Source: an uncultured delta proteobacterium (lineage in GTDB: Bacteria; Myxococcota; Myxococcia; Myxococcales; Myxococcaceae). From it: a DNA stretch of 64,000 nt. This document shows positions 50,559-59,672 of this stretch, piece by piece. The stretch covers positions 192,001-256,000 of the forward strand of contig CAVZMH010000019.1 of NCBI GenBank assembly GCA_963776345.1, read 5' to 3'. Position 1 is the first letter of the stretch. Every line of letters starts with the position of its first letter. A program made the translations under genes and the position numbers. Under the pieces are notes generated by a model. The model did not search any database. It worked only from the letters and a program-made list of their open reading frames with translations, and was not told the DNA's origin.

Positions 50559-51542
50559 ATGCTGGCCCTCATCCTGACTGGAGTCCTGCTCGCCGAGCCG
50601 GTGGCCGTTCCCATCCCGGGCGGGGAAGGCGGAATCGGCTTCGACGATCTGGTCTTCTCGCCGCCGCTCCACCGCTTCATCGTGCCCGGCGGACGGACGG
50701 GGAGCGTCTTCCTCCTCGATCCGGCGACGCGCCACCTCGAGTCCGTGGGCGCCCTGAGCAAGCTGCCCTCCTGGACCGGCGGGCACGGGCAGGGGGTGAC
50801 CTCGGCCGACGCCCGTCCAGGAACGCTCTTCGCCGCCGATCGCACCACCAGGCGGCTGTTCGCCCTTCCCCTCGGCGGGCCCGGCCCAGTCGCCGAGGCG
50901 CCGCTCGAGGGCGGCCCGGACTACGTCCGCTGGGTCGAGCCCACCCACGAGGTCTGGGTCACCGAGCCGGGCAAGAAGTCCATCGAGATCTTCCGGTTCG
51001 ACGCCGGACCGGCTCCGGCGCTGGTCCGCGCCGGCCGCCTCGAGGTGCCCGACGGCCCCGAGTCGCTGGTGCTCGATGTCGCGCACGGCCGGGCCTTCAC
51101 CAGCACCTGGCACGACCAGACGCTGGCGATCTCGCTCCGCGAACGCAGGGTGGTGGCGCGCTGGAGCAACGGGTGCAAGGGCGCGCGGGGGCTGGCGGCG
51201 GATCCGGACCGGGGTCTGGTCCTCGTCGGCTGCGAGGAGGGTGCGGTGACGGTCGTCGACACGGCCCACGGCGGCCGGCTCGCCGGCCGTGCGCGGACGG
51301 GTGAAGGCGTGGACGTCATCGCCTACGACCCCGTCGCCCACCGGCTCTACGTCCCTGCCGCCGACGCAGCCCGGCTCGAGGTCTTCGAGGTCGGCCAGGA
51401 TGGCTCGCTTCGTGCGCTCTGGCAGGCACGGACGGCTGCCGAGGCCCACTGCGCGGCCGCGGACGGAGCGGGGCACGTGGTGGTCTGTGACCCGAAGGCA
51501 GGCCGCCTCCTGCTCTTCGAGGAGGGCAAGAGCGCTCCGTGA
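50559..51542 (+). CDS. Secreted YncE-like beta-propeller protein
   Basis: Signal peptide, 'GIGFDDL', repeated blades such as 'GLAADPDRGLVLVGC' and 'DVIAYDPVAHRLYV'. Confidence 0.75.
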   Translation: MLALILTGVLLAEPVAVPIPGGEGGIGFDDLVFSPPLHRFIVPGGRTGSVFLLDPATRHLESVGALSKLPSWTGGHGQGVTSADARPGTLFAADRTTRRLFALPLGGPGPVAEAPLEGGPDYVRWVEPTHEVWVTEPGKKSIEIFRFDAGPAPALVRAGRLEVPDGPESLVLDVAHGRAFTSTWHDQTLAISLRERRVVARWSNGCKGARGLAADPDRGLVLVGCEEGAVTVVDTAHGGRLAGRARTGEGVDVIAYDPVAHRLYVPAADAARLEVFEVGQDGSLRALWQARTAAEAHCAAADGAGHVVVCDPKAGRLLLFEEGKSAP

Positions 51543-52297
51543 CCCCTCGCGCCCGGCCCCATGTGCCGCGCGTCGTGGGCCGCTCGGCGCTCCTGCTCAC
51601 GGTCCTCGCCGCCGGGAGCGCCCGGGCCTACCGCCCCTTCGACCAGACCGATGCGGACGTGGCCGAGCTGCACGTCATCGAGCTGGAGATCGGTCCCACT
51701 CAGCTCCAGACGGCCGCGGGGCGCACCTCGCTCGTCCCCACGTTCATCTTCAACCTGGGGGTGCTGCCGAGCTGGGAGCTGGTCGTCGAGGGTCTGGGCA
51801 GCGGCATCGTCCTCGGTTCGCGCGAGCCGGCCGACGTTGCCCAGCTCGAGGTGGGCGTGTCGATGAAGGGAGTGCTGCGCCAGGGCAGCCTGCAAGGTTC
51901 GGAGGGCCCGAGCGTGGCGATCGAGCCCGAGCTCCTGCTCCCCGCCACCGCCGGGCCCTCGGGGTTCGGGGTCGCCGCGGGGGTCATCGTCTCGCAGCGC
52001 TGGACGGCGCTCACCGTCCACCTGAACCTCGTCCCGGCCTGGTCCAGGGCCCACCGGTTCGCCGCCCTGGCCGGCGTCATCGTCGAGGGTCCCTCGGCCT
52101 GGGTGGTCCGGCCGGTGGCCGAGACCTACGTCGAGGCCGAGCGCGGCGAGCCCTCGGTCACCGTCTCCGGGCTCGCCGGGCTCATCTGGCGGGTGTCGTC
52201 GCGGGTGGCGGCCGATGCCGCGCTGCGGGTGGCGACTGTGTCCGGAACAGGCGTGCTCGAGGTCCGCCTGGGCTTGACCTGGGACCTTCCCCTCTGA
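51539..52297 (+). CDS. Putative outer-membrane beta-barrel protein
   Basis: Signal peptide, '[11 protein letters not shown]', amphipathic strands, C-terminal 'LGLTWDLPL'. Confidence 0.6.
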   Translation: MTPRARPHVPRVVGRSALLLTVLAAGSARAYRPFDQTDADVAELHVIELEIGPTQLQTAAGRTSLVPTFIFNLGVLPSWELVVEGLGSGIVLGSREPADVAQLEVGVSMKGVLRQGSLQGSEGPSVAIEPELLLPATAGPSGFGVAAGVIVSQRWTALTVHLNLVPAWSRAHRFAALAGVIVEGPSAWVVRPVAETYVEAERGEPSVTVSGLAGLIWRVSSRVAADAALRVATVSGTGVLEVRLGLTWDLPL

Positions 52298-52322
52298 CAG
52301 TGGAGGAGCGCCGACCGTCCGC

Positions 52323-53975
52323 ATGCCCCGAGCCGCGGCCAGAGACTCTGCCGAGCTGAAGCGCGCACGCGACGCGTACGCGCGCCGGGCGTGGGAGGAC
52401 GCGTACCAGCTCTTCTCTGTGCTGGATCGGGCCTCGCCGCTCGGTGCCGAGGAGTTGGGCCTGCTGGCCTGGGCGGCCGGGATGAGCGGGCGTACCGACG
52501 AGCAGCTCTCCGTCCTCGAGCGGTTGCACCACCAGTTCCTGGAGGACGGGGACCCGCTCCGGGCGGCGCGGGCGGGGTTCTGGCTCGGCTACCGGCTGAG
52601 CGCGCTCGGGAAATTCGGCGAGGCCAGCGGCTGGTTCGGCCGGGTGGACCGGCTGCTCGCCCGGGAGAGTCGTCCCTGCGTCGAGGCCGGGTACTTGAAG
52701 CTCCCGGCCGCCCACCGCCACCTCGCTCGCAACGAGTGCGACGAGGCGTTCGTGGCGGGCGCCGAGGCGGCGAGCATCGGCGAGCGCTTCGCCGAGCCGG
52801 ATCTGGTCGCGCTCTCGCGGAGCATCCAGGGACGCGCGCGCCTGCGGCAGGGGCGAATCCGCGAGGGCCTGGCGCTGCTCGACGAGGCGATGGTCACGGT
52901 CGGCACCGAGGGCCTCGCGCCGGTGGTCCCGGCGCTCGTCTACTGCACGCTGATCGACGGATGCCGGCAGGTCTACGCGCTCGACCGCTGCCGCGAGTGG
53001 ACCTCGGCGCTGGCCCGCTGGTGCGACGCGCAGCCGCAGCTGGTGGCCTTCAGCGGCATCTGCCAGGTCCACCGGGCCGAGGTGCTGGAGCTCAACGGCG
53101 AGTGGGACGCCGCGGCGGAGGAGGCGCGCCGGGCGTGCGAGCGCCTCGGGGTTGCGCCCGACCGGGTGACCGCGCCTGCGGCGTACTACCAGTGCGGTGA
53201 GATGCACCGCCTTCGCGGCGAGATGGAGCAGGCGGAGCAGGCGTACCGGGCGGCCCACGAGTTCGGGCGCGCACCGCAGCCGGGCCTGTCGCTGCTCCGG
53301 CTGGCGCAGGGAAAGCCCGATCCGGCGCTGGCGTCGATCCGGAGCACGCTCGCCGCCACCGCCGAGCCGCTCCAGCGGGCGAGGCTGCTGCCGGCGGCGG
53401 TGGAGATCGCCCTCGGCGCGGGTGACATCGAGGGCGCCGCGGAGGCGACGTCGGAGCTGGAGCAGATCGCCTCGAGCTTCGAGTCCGAGGTCCTGGTGGC
53501 CATGGCCGCGCACGCCCGCGGGGCCGTGCTCCTGGCGAGGGGGGACGCCCGCCGGGCGGTCGATTCCCTGCGCTCGGCGCTTGCGGTCTGGCAGCGGGTG
53601 GGGGCCCCGTACCTCGCCGCGCGGGTGCGGGTCGCCATCGGCGTCGCCTCCCGGGCGCTCGGCGACGAGGACGGGGCGGGCCTGGAGCTCGACGCCGCGC
53701 GGAAGGTGTTCGTCGAGCTGGGTGCCCAGCCCGACCTGGCGCGGCTGGGGGCGCTCGGGACCGACACACGGGCGGAGCGCCCGGACGGGCTGACCGCGCG
53801 CGAGCTCCAGGTCCTCGGACTGGTGGCGACGGGAAAGACGAACAAGGTCATCGCCCGCGAGCTGTTCCTCAGCGAGAAGACGGTCGACCGCCACCTGAGC
53901 AACATCTTCCTCAAGCTCGGCGTGTCCTCGAGGGCGGCAGCGACGGCGTACGCCTTCACCCACAAGCTGGTCTGA
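52323..53975 (+). CDS. LuxR-family regulator with TPR-like N-terminus
   Basis: C-terminal '[41 protein letters not shown]'. Confidence 0.9.
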   Translation: MPRAAARDSAELKRARDAYARRAWEDAYQLFSVLDRASPLGAEELGLLAWAAGMSGRTDEQLSVLERLHHQFLEDGDPLRAARAGFWLGYRLSALGKFGEASGWFGRVDRLLARESRPCVEAGYLKLPAAHRHLARNECDEAFVAGAEAASIGERFAEPDLVALSRSIQGRARLRQGRIREGLALLDEAMVTVGTEGLAPVVPALVYCTLIDGCRQVYALDRCREWTSALARWCDAQPQLVAFSGICQVHRAEVLELNGEWDAAAEEARRACERLGVAPDRVTAPAAYYQCGEMHRLRGEMEQAEQAYRAAHEFGRAPQPGLSLLRLAQGKPDPALASIRSTLAATAEPLQRARLLPAAVEIALGAGDIEGAAEATSELEQIASSFESEVLVAMAAHARGAVLLARGDARRAVDSLRSALAVWQRVGAPYLAARVRVAIGVASRALGDEDGAGLELDAARKVFVELGAQPDLARLGALGTDTRAERPDGLTARELQVLGLVATGKTNKVIARELFLSEKTVDRHLSNIFLKLGVSSRAAATAYAFTHKLV

Positions 53976-53981
53976 CCGGGC

Positions 53982-53999
53982 ATGGGGGAAATCCCCCAT
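53982..53999. promoter_or_regulatory. Perfect 8-2-8 palindrome, candidate LuxR operator
   Basis: ATGGGGGA-AA-TCCCCCAT between luxR and the flavoprotein gene. No U-tract follows. Confidence 0.5.
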
Positions 54000-54085
54000 C
54001 GGCCTCGACCCCGAAGAATGCAGGGTTCTCCCGACGCGGCCACCCTTGCCGGGCGCGTACATCGCTCCGTGGGTTCAACCGGAGG

Positions 54086-55306
54086 ATGGTCATGCGGAAC
54101 GAGGAATCGATTGAGCAGGTCTCCCCGCTGGTGGTGGAGGAGGGCCAGGCGCTGGAGGCGCTGGAGCCGCGCGCGAGGCGGCGGGCCGGAGCGGAGGCGG
54201 AGGAGCTGGACGTCGTGGTCATCGGCGCGGGCCAGGCCGGGCTCTCCGTCGGCTACCATCTCGCCTGCCGCGGGGTGCGGAAGTTCCTCATCCTCGACGC
54301 GAACGGCCGGGTGGGCGACGCGTGGCGCCAGCGCTGGGACTCGCTGCGGCTCTTCTCCCCGGCCCGCTACAACGGCCTCGACGGGTTGCCGTTCCCCGCC
54401 CCCCCGCGCTCCTTCCCGACCAAGGACGAGATGGCGGACTACCTCGAGGCGTACGCGCGGCACTTCCGGCTCCCGGTCCGGAACGGGGTCCGGGTGGACG
54501 GGCTCTCTCGCTCGGGAGACCGTTATCTGGTGACCGCGGGCAAGCGGCGCTTCCTGGCGCGCGAGGTGGTGGTGGCGATGGCGGGCTACCAGAGGCCGAA
54601 GGCGCCTTCCTTCGCCGGCGAGCTCGACCCGGGCATCATCCAGATCCACTCCGCCGAGTACAGGCAGCCCGCGCAGCTGCGGCCGGGCAGGGTGCTCATC
54701 GTCGGCGCCGGCAACTCCGGCGCGGAGATCGCGATCGAGCTCCGGCGGGCGGGGCACGAGGTGGTGGTGGCGGGGCGCGACGTGGGAAGTGTCCCGTCCT
54801 GGTTCCAGAACCCCCTGTCACAGGTGCTGTTCCTGCCGCTGCTCTTCCGGGGCATCTTCCACCGGCTGCTCACCGAGTCCACGCCGGCGGGACGGAAGGC
54901 CAAGGCCCAGCAGCACGGGAAGGGAAATCTGCTGATCCGCACGCTCCCCAAGCACCTCGCCGCGGCCGGGGTGGAGCGCACGGGCCGGGTGCGCGGGACG
55001 CAGGACGGGAAGCCGGTGCTCGAGGACGGCACGGTGCTCGACGTCCAGAACGTCATCTGGTGCACCGGGTTCCACCCGGGCTTCTCCTGGGTCGACCTCC
55101 CCGTGCTCGACGATCACGGCGAGCCGCGCCAGCGCCGGGGCGTCGTCGCCGAGGCCCCGGGCCTCTACTTCGTCGGCCTGCACTTCCTGTACGCGATGTC
55201 GTCCTCGATGATCCACGGCGTGGGCCGGGACGCGCGCTACGTGGCCGAGCGGATCGCCGAGCGGCTCGCGGCTGAGCCGCCGGCCCGGATGGCGACCGCG
55301 GCATGA
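54086..55306 (+). CDS. Flavin-containing monooxygenase-like FAD/NAD(P)-binding oxidoreductase
   Basis: 'VIGAGQAGL', 'QIHSAEYR', 'VGAGNSGAEI', 'IWCTGF'. Confidence 0.88.
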   Translation: MVMRNEESIEQVSPLVVEEGQALEALEPRARRRAGAEAEELDVVVIGAGQAGLSVGYHLACRGVRKFLILDANGRVGDAWRQRWDSLRLFSPARYNGLDGLPFPAPPRSFPTKDEMADYLEAYARHFRLPVRNGVRVDGLSRSGDRYLVTAGKRRFLAREVVVAMAGYQRPKAPSFAGELDPGIIQIHSAEYRQPAQLRPGRVLIVGAGNSGAEIAIELRRAGHEVVVAGRDVGSVPSWFQNPLSQVLFLPLLFRGIFHRLLTESTPAGRKAKAQQHGKGNLLIRTLPKHLAAAGVERTGRVRGTQDGKPVLEDGTVLDVQNVIWCTGFHPGFSWVDLPVLDDHGEPRQRRGVVAEAPGLYFVGLHFLYAMSSSMIHGVGRDARYVAERIAERLAAEPPARMATAA

Positions 55307-55406
55307 GATCCCCCTGGGCTCACCTGCGACGGGTCCAGCGTCGGGTGCGAGCCGGAGAGCTCCGCGCGGACCTCGTCCTCACGGTGTACCGCGGAGAGAA
55401 GTAACT

Positions 55407-55919
55407 TCAGGACTTCGCGAGCCGGATCTTCTGCTCGCTCTTGTCGCGGCAGAAGGTTTCGAAGAACGTGTCACCCGACTCGTAACTCATCGTCCAGGGC
55501 GGGTACATCGCGCACCGCGGGTCCAGGCAGTGGTGCAGCTCCCAGGTGTGGCCGAGCTGGTGCATCGCGTGGCGGGCGATGAGCTTGAGGCCCGCCTCGG
55601 GGTCCTTCACCGCGGCGCTGGACACCAGCGCGCGCGGTCCGTTCTGGTCGGCGAAGCCCGAGCAGGGGACGTCGCCGGAGAGCAGCGCGCGCGGCTTCAG
55701 CCTCCGCGAGGTCAGGTAGAGGATCTTGTCGTCGGCGTAGGCCCGCGGCGAGGGCAGGGCCCGGAGCAGCTCCCGGGCGTCGAAGGGCTCGCTCTGCCCG
55801 GAGGGCAGCGGCATCTCGTCGGCGTGCTCGCAGCCGACGCCGAACGCCGCGTAGAGCACCTTGCACAGCCGGTCGATCACCTTGGGGTCGTAGGCGTCGA
55901 GGGTCACCAGTCGGATCAC
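55407..55919 (-). CDS. carG: CarG, non-proteolytic archaemetzincin-like Zn protein
   Basis: HQLGHTWELHHCLDPRC (Q replaces the catalytic E). Directly downstream of carD. Confidence 0.85.
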   Translation of the reverse strand: MIRLVTLDAYDPKVIDRLCKVLYAAFGVGCEHADEMPLPSGQSEPFDARELLRALPSPRAYADDKILYLTSRRLKPRALLSGDVPCSGFADQNGPRALVSSAAVKDPEAGLKLIARHAMHQLGHTWELHHCLDPRCAMYPPWTMSYESGDTFFETFCRDKSEQKIRLAKS

Positions 55920-55941
55920 GGGTGTGGTCTCTCCCGGGGGG

Positions 55942-56826
55942 CTACTTCTTCTTCGCCGCCTTCGCGTGCTTCTTGGCTGCCGGCTTCGCAGCGGGCTTCT
56001 TCGCCGCCTTCACCGGCTTCTTCTCGTGCTGCGGCGCGGGCTTCTTCGCCGCCTTCACGTGCTTCTTGGCCGCCGGCTTCGCGGCGGCGGGCTTCTTCCG
56101 GGCCGGAGCCTTCTTCTCGGCCTTGCCGGCGGCCTTGGCTTTCGGCGCCGGCTCGGCGGCCACCTCCGGCTCCACCTCGGCCCCCTCCGGCTCAGCCTCC
56201 GCCTCGGCGCCGAGGTCGATGTCGCCACCGAGGCCGAGCAGGTCGTCCCCGAGCTCCATTCCCTCCTCCTCGCCGGCGGCGGTGCGGAACTCCTCCGCCG
56301 TCCGCTTCGGCCGCTCACGGCCCGGCGGGAAGAGCACCACGTCGACTGAGTCCTCGGCGTCCACCTCGGCCAGGTCCAGGCTCGCCGCCAGCTCGGCGAC
56401 CAGGAGGTGACGGGCGTTGTCGTACAGCTCCCGCTCCTTGGTCGGCAGCGGGCGCAGCTCGGAGAGCACTTGCAGGCCCTTCACCACCTCGGCCAGGCCC
56501 ATCAGCCCGCCCTGGCTCATGCGCTCCACGTTGGTGCGGGCACGCTGCTTCCAGTCGAGGTTCGCCTTGTCGCTGTCCGAGCGCAGGAAGGAGAACATCC
56601 GGTCCACCTCGGGCCGGTCGGCCACCTTGCGGAGACCGATCGAGCGGACCTTCGCCTCCGGGACCATCACCACCGCGCCGTCCTCCTCGCGCTTCATGGT
56701 GACGAAGGTGAGCGTCTGCCCGGCGACCTCCTTCGACTCCACGCTGGTCACGCGGCACACGCCCTGGTTGGGGTAGACGACGCGGTCCCCGACGGCGAGC
56801 GTCAGAGGCGAAGCTGTCTCGGGCAT
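55942..56826 (-). CDS. carD: CarD regulator with acidic region and histone-H1-like basic tail
   Basis: 'GDRVVYPNQGVCRV', 'WKQRAR', acidic linker, then K/A/P-rich repeats. Confidence 0.9.
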   Translation of the reverse strand: MPETASPLTLAVGDRVVYPNQGVCRVTSVESKEVAGQTLTFVTMKREEDGAVVMVPEAKVRSIGLRKVADRPEVDRMFSFLRSDSDKANLDWKQRARTNVERMSQGGLMGLAEVVKGLQVLSELRPLPTKERELYDNARHLLVAELAASLDLAEVDAEDSVDVVLFPPGRERPKRTAEEFRTAAGEEEGMELGDDLLGLGGDIDLGAEAEAEPEGAEVEPEVAAEPAPKAKAAGKAEKKAPARKKPAAAKPAAKKHVKAAKKPAPQHEKKPVKAAKKPAAKPAAKKHAKAAKKK

Positions 56827-56841
56827 GTCGAGGGCGAGGGC

Positions 56842-57243
56842 CTACACCATCCCGATGCTGGGCGCGAGCGCGTCGGCGTTGGCGATGCGCTCGGCGACGA
56901 GCTCCAGCAGGGCCCGCGGGTCGAAAGGCTTCCCCAGGCTCCAGCGGGCGTGCTCCTGGAGGAAGCGCTCCGCCTCGCCGTCGAAGACACCCCCGGTGAG
57001 GAAGACCATCCGGGCCGCGACCTCCGGCCGGCTCACGCTCAGACGAGCGTGGAGCTCGATCCCGGTCATCTGCGGCATCATGAGATCGCAGAGCACGGCG
57101 TCGAACCGGCCGGCCTGGAGCATCGCCAGCGCGCTCCGGCCGTCGTGCGCCACGTGGACCTCGTGTGCGCGGGCGAGCAGCCGCCGGGCGGCGCTCGCCA
57201 CCAGAGGCTCGTCGTCGACCACCAGCACCCGTGTCGGCCGCAT
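56842..57243 (-). CDS. Single-domain response regulator
   Basis: 'VLVVDDE', 'LCDLMMP', 'FLTG', 'KPF'. Confidence 0.88.
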   Translation of the reverse strand: MRPTRVLVVDDEPLVASAARRLLARAHEVHVAHDGRSALAMLQAGRFDAVLCDLMMPQMTGIELHARLSVSRPEVAARMVFLTGGVFDGEAERFLQEHARWSLGKPFDPRALLELVAERIANADALAPSIGMV

Positions 57244-57319
57244 CGCTCCTGGCCGTTGCGAACCCGGGGCCAGCGAAGAAGTGGCGCGGATGCCACGGCT
57301 TCCCGCTACGGGCCCCCGG

Positions 57320-58729
57320 TCAGCGCCGGGCGGGTGAGTCGCCGCCGACCTGCGGTGAGGCGGGCAGCTCGGCGCGCAGCTGCACCGTCGTCCCCGAGCG
57401 CCCGTTGATCTCCCCGGTCCAGTCGAGGCGACCGGCCATCTTGAGCCGGACCTGGTGCGGCCGATCGGCGTCGAGGTGGGTGATGCGGAGCGGCGTGGTC
57501 CCGGGCACCGGACTCCCGTCCAGCTCCACGGCGGCGCCGGTCGGCTCGGAGCGCAGCTCGAGCTCGAACGTCGGGACCTGCCCCAGCACCGCCGCCACCA
57601 CCGTCCCGAGCACGAGGGCCACCCCGAGGAGGGCCACCAGCTTCCAGGGCCGGGTGCGCCCCGGCGGGGGCGGCTGCACCGCGGCGGTGGTCAATGACGG
57701 CACGGCCTCGGGCGGCTCGTCCGGCCGGGTCCCCTTGCGCCACTCCGGCACCGATTCGAGCAAGGCGCGCGGCAGCTTCACCTCGTGGCCCTCGGCGAGG
57801 AGCTCGGGCTCGAAGAGGAAGGCCATGAAGTCGCTCACCGCCGGCGGCCGCGGGCCGAGCGCGTGCAGCGCGTCCGCCAGCGCGTGCTCCAGGTCCTGGG
57901 CGGAGGCGAAGCGATCCTCCGGGGCGTAGGCCATCGCCCGGAGCAGCGTCGCCTCCAGCGCGGGCGAGATCCGGGGGTTGACGCTCCTCGGCGCGGGGAA
58001 CTCGCCCCGGACGATGCTCCGCATCGCCGGCACCATCTTCCCGAGGTGCGGAAGGCGGCCGCAGAGCATCTGATAGAGCACCACCCCGGTCGCGTAGAGG
58101 TCGGTCCGGAAGTCCACCGGCTCGCCGCGGGCCTGCTCCGGCGAGAAGTAGGGGAACTTCCCCTTCACCCCGGTGGCCTGCATCACCGCGTCGGTGGCGT
58201 TGCGCACCCGGGCGATGCCGAAGTCGACGATCTTCACCTCGCCGGCGTAGCCGAGCAGCACGTTCTGTGGCGAGACGTCGCGGTGGACGATCTGCAGCGA
58301 GCGTCCGCGCTCGTCGACCCTGGAGTGCGCGTAGTGCAGCCCGCGGCACATCCCGATGCCGATCAGCAGGGCGATGGGCTCGGGGAGGAAGGGGAACTGG
58401 AGCGCGTGCGCCCGCCGGAGCACGCGGCTCAGCGGTTGGCCGTGCACGTACTCCATGGCCAGGAAGTACTCGCCGTCGATCTCCCCGAAGTCGAAGACCT
58501 GGGCGATGTTCCCGTGGCTGAGGGACACCGCGATGCGCGCCTCGTTCACGAACATCGCGACGAAGGCCTGGCTGTCGGCGAAGGCGGGGAGGATCTTCTT
58601 GATCACCACCGGCTTGCTCACCCCGGCCATCGCCTGGAAGCGCGCGCGGTAGAGCTCGGCCATCCCGCCCACGGCGAGTCGCTCGAGGAGCTGGTACTTG
58701 CCGAAGTCGACCGAGACCGGAGAGGGCAC
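57320..58729 (-). CDS. Membrane Ser/Thr protein kinase with PEGA domain
   Basis: 'HRDVSPQN', 'DFG', 'YFSPEQ', a TM helix, then 'SEPTGAAVELDG...GTTP'. Confidence 0.92.
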   Translation of the reverse strand: MPSPVSVDFGKYQLLERLAVGGMAELYRARFQAMAGVSKPVVIKKILPAFADSQAFVAMFVNEARIAVSLSHGNIAQVFDFGEIDGEYFLAMEYVHGQPLSRVLRRAHALQFPFLPEPIALLIGIGMCRGLHYAHSRVDERGRSLQIVHRDVSPQNVLLGYAGEVKIVDFGIARVRNATDAVMQATGVKGKFPYFSPEQARGEPVDFRTDLYATGVVLYQMLCGRLPHLGKMVPAMRSIVRGEFPAPRSVNPRISPALEATLLRAMAYAPEDRFASAQDLEHALADALHALGPRPPAVSDFMAFLFEPELLAEGHEVKLPRALLESVPEWRKGTRPDEPPEAVPSLTTAAVQPPPPGRTRPWKLVALLGVALVLGTVVAAVLGQVPTFELELRSEPTGAAVELDGSPVPGTTPLRITHLDADRPHQVRLKMAGRLDWTGEINGRSGTTVQLRAELPASPQVGGDSPARR

Positions 58730-58794
58730 GCCTGGAGACGAAGGCTAGCATCCGCCCCGCGTTCTCCGGTGAGCGGCGCGCGCGCCGATCGGGC

Positions 58795-59592
58795 ATGCTG
58801 CGCAGCCGTTCCGTGCGACGCGCGATCTCTCTCGTCTTTTCATGGGTGTGCGTCGTCGGCTCCGGGTGCGAGGAGCGCAGTGCGCCCCCGCTGTCCTCGC
58901 TGGCGCCCGCCCCGCTCCAGCCGCTCGGTGCAGCCGCAACGGATGCGGGGACGGATCCCCACCGTCTGGCCCCCGCTGCGGTGTGGGGGGCTCCCCTCCC
59001 CGGCGGTGCGGTGCGGGTGACCTTCCGCAGCGGCCAGGCGCAGGTGGGGGCGACCGTGGCATCGCTCGTTGCCGACGCGGGCGTGGCGCCGCTGCTCGCG
59101 GCGATCGCCAGGGGCCCAGCGCTCCTGGTGCCGGACGACGAGGTCTACATGGCCGAGGCGGCGCCGCTGCTCGCCGCGCTCGACGACGCGCACGTCCCGA
59201 CCTGGCTCCTTCACCCCGGCGGCGCGGTCGCCTTCCGGGTCGAGCTCCGCGACGAGCGCGCCTTCGACGCCTGGCTGGACGCGCCGACGGCCGGCAAGCT
59301 GCGGGTCATCCAGCGGCAGGACGGGCTGGAGCTGGTGAGCGGCATCGGGAAGCTGCCCGGGCCGGACCCCAACGGGCCCACGGTGCCGGTGCGCGGTGGC
59401 CGGCTCGACGTCGCCACCGCGCGCGAGGGGCTGCAGCGGCTCCAGCTCCGGTTCCACGCACCCGACGCCTGCCTGGTCCCGTCCTTCGGGACCGAGCTCC
59501 GCGCCGTGGCCACCGTGCTCTCCGCGTTCTGGGCCGGCCCCAAGCAGCCGCTCTTCGAGCGGGTGTGCCTGGTGTACCCGCGCCCGCGGTGA
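58795..59592 (+). CDS. Hypothetical exported/lipoprotein
   Basis: Hydrophobic N-terminus ending GSGC, typical codon usage. Start uncertain. Confidence 0.55.
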   Translation: MLRSRSVRRAISLVFSWVCVVGSGCEERSAPPLSSLAPAPLQPLGAAATDAGTDPHRLAPAAVWGAPLPGGAVRVTFRSGQAQVGATVASLVADAGVAPLLAAIARGPALLVPDDEVYMAEAAPLLAALDDAHVPTWLLHPGGAVAFRVELRDERAFDAWLDAPTAGKLRVIQRQDGLELVSGIGKLPGPDPNGPTVPVRGGRLDVATAREGLQRLQLRFHAPDACLVPSFGTELRAVATVLSAFWAGPKQPLFERVCLVYPRPR

Positions 59593-59672
59593 GGATGGAC
59601 GCCTCGGCGCTGGAAAGACCCGGTCGGTTCGGCTATCCGTTGACTCCAGAATCAGTCTCTCCGAGGTGCTCC

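Noticed and set aside
55945..56150. Short DNA repeats (cttcttcgccgccttc...) as a possible CRISPR array or VNTR
   Set aside because: They encode the Lys/Ala/Pro tail of CarD. There are no unique spacers and no cas genes.
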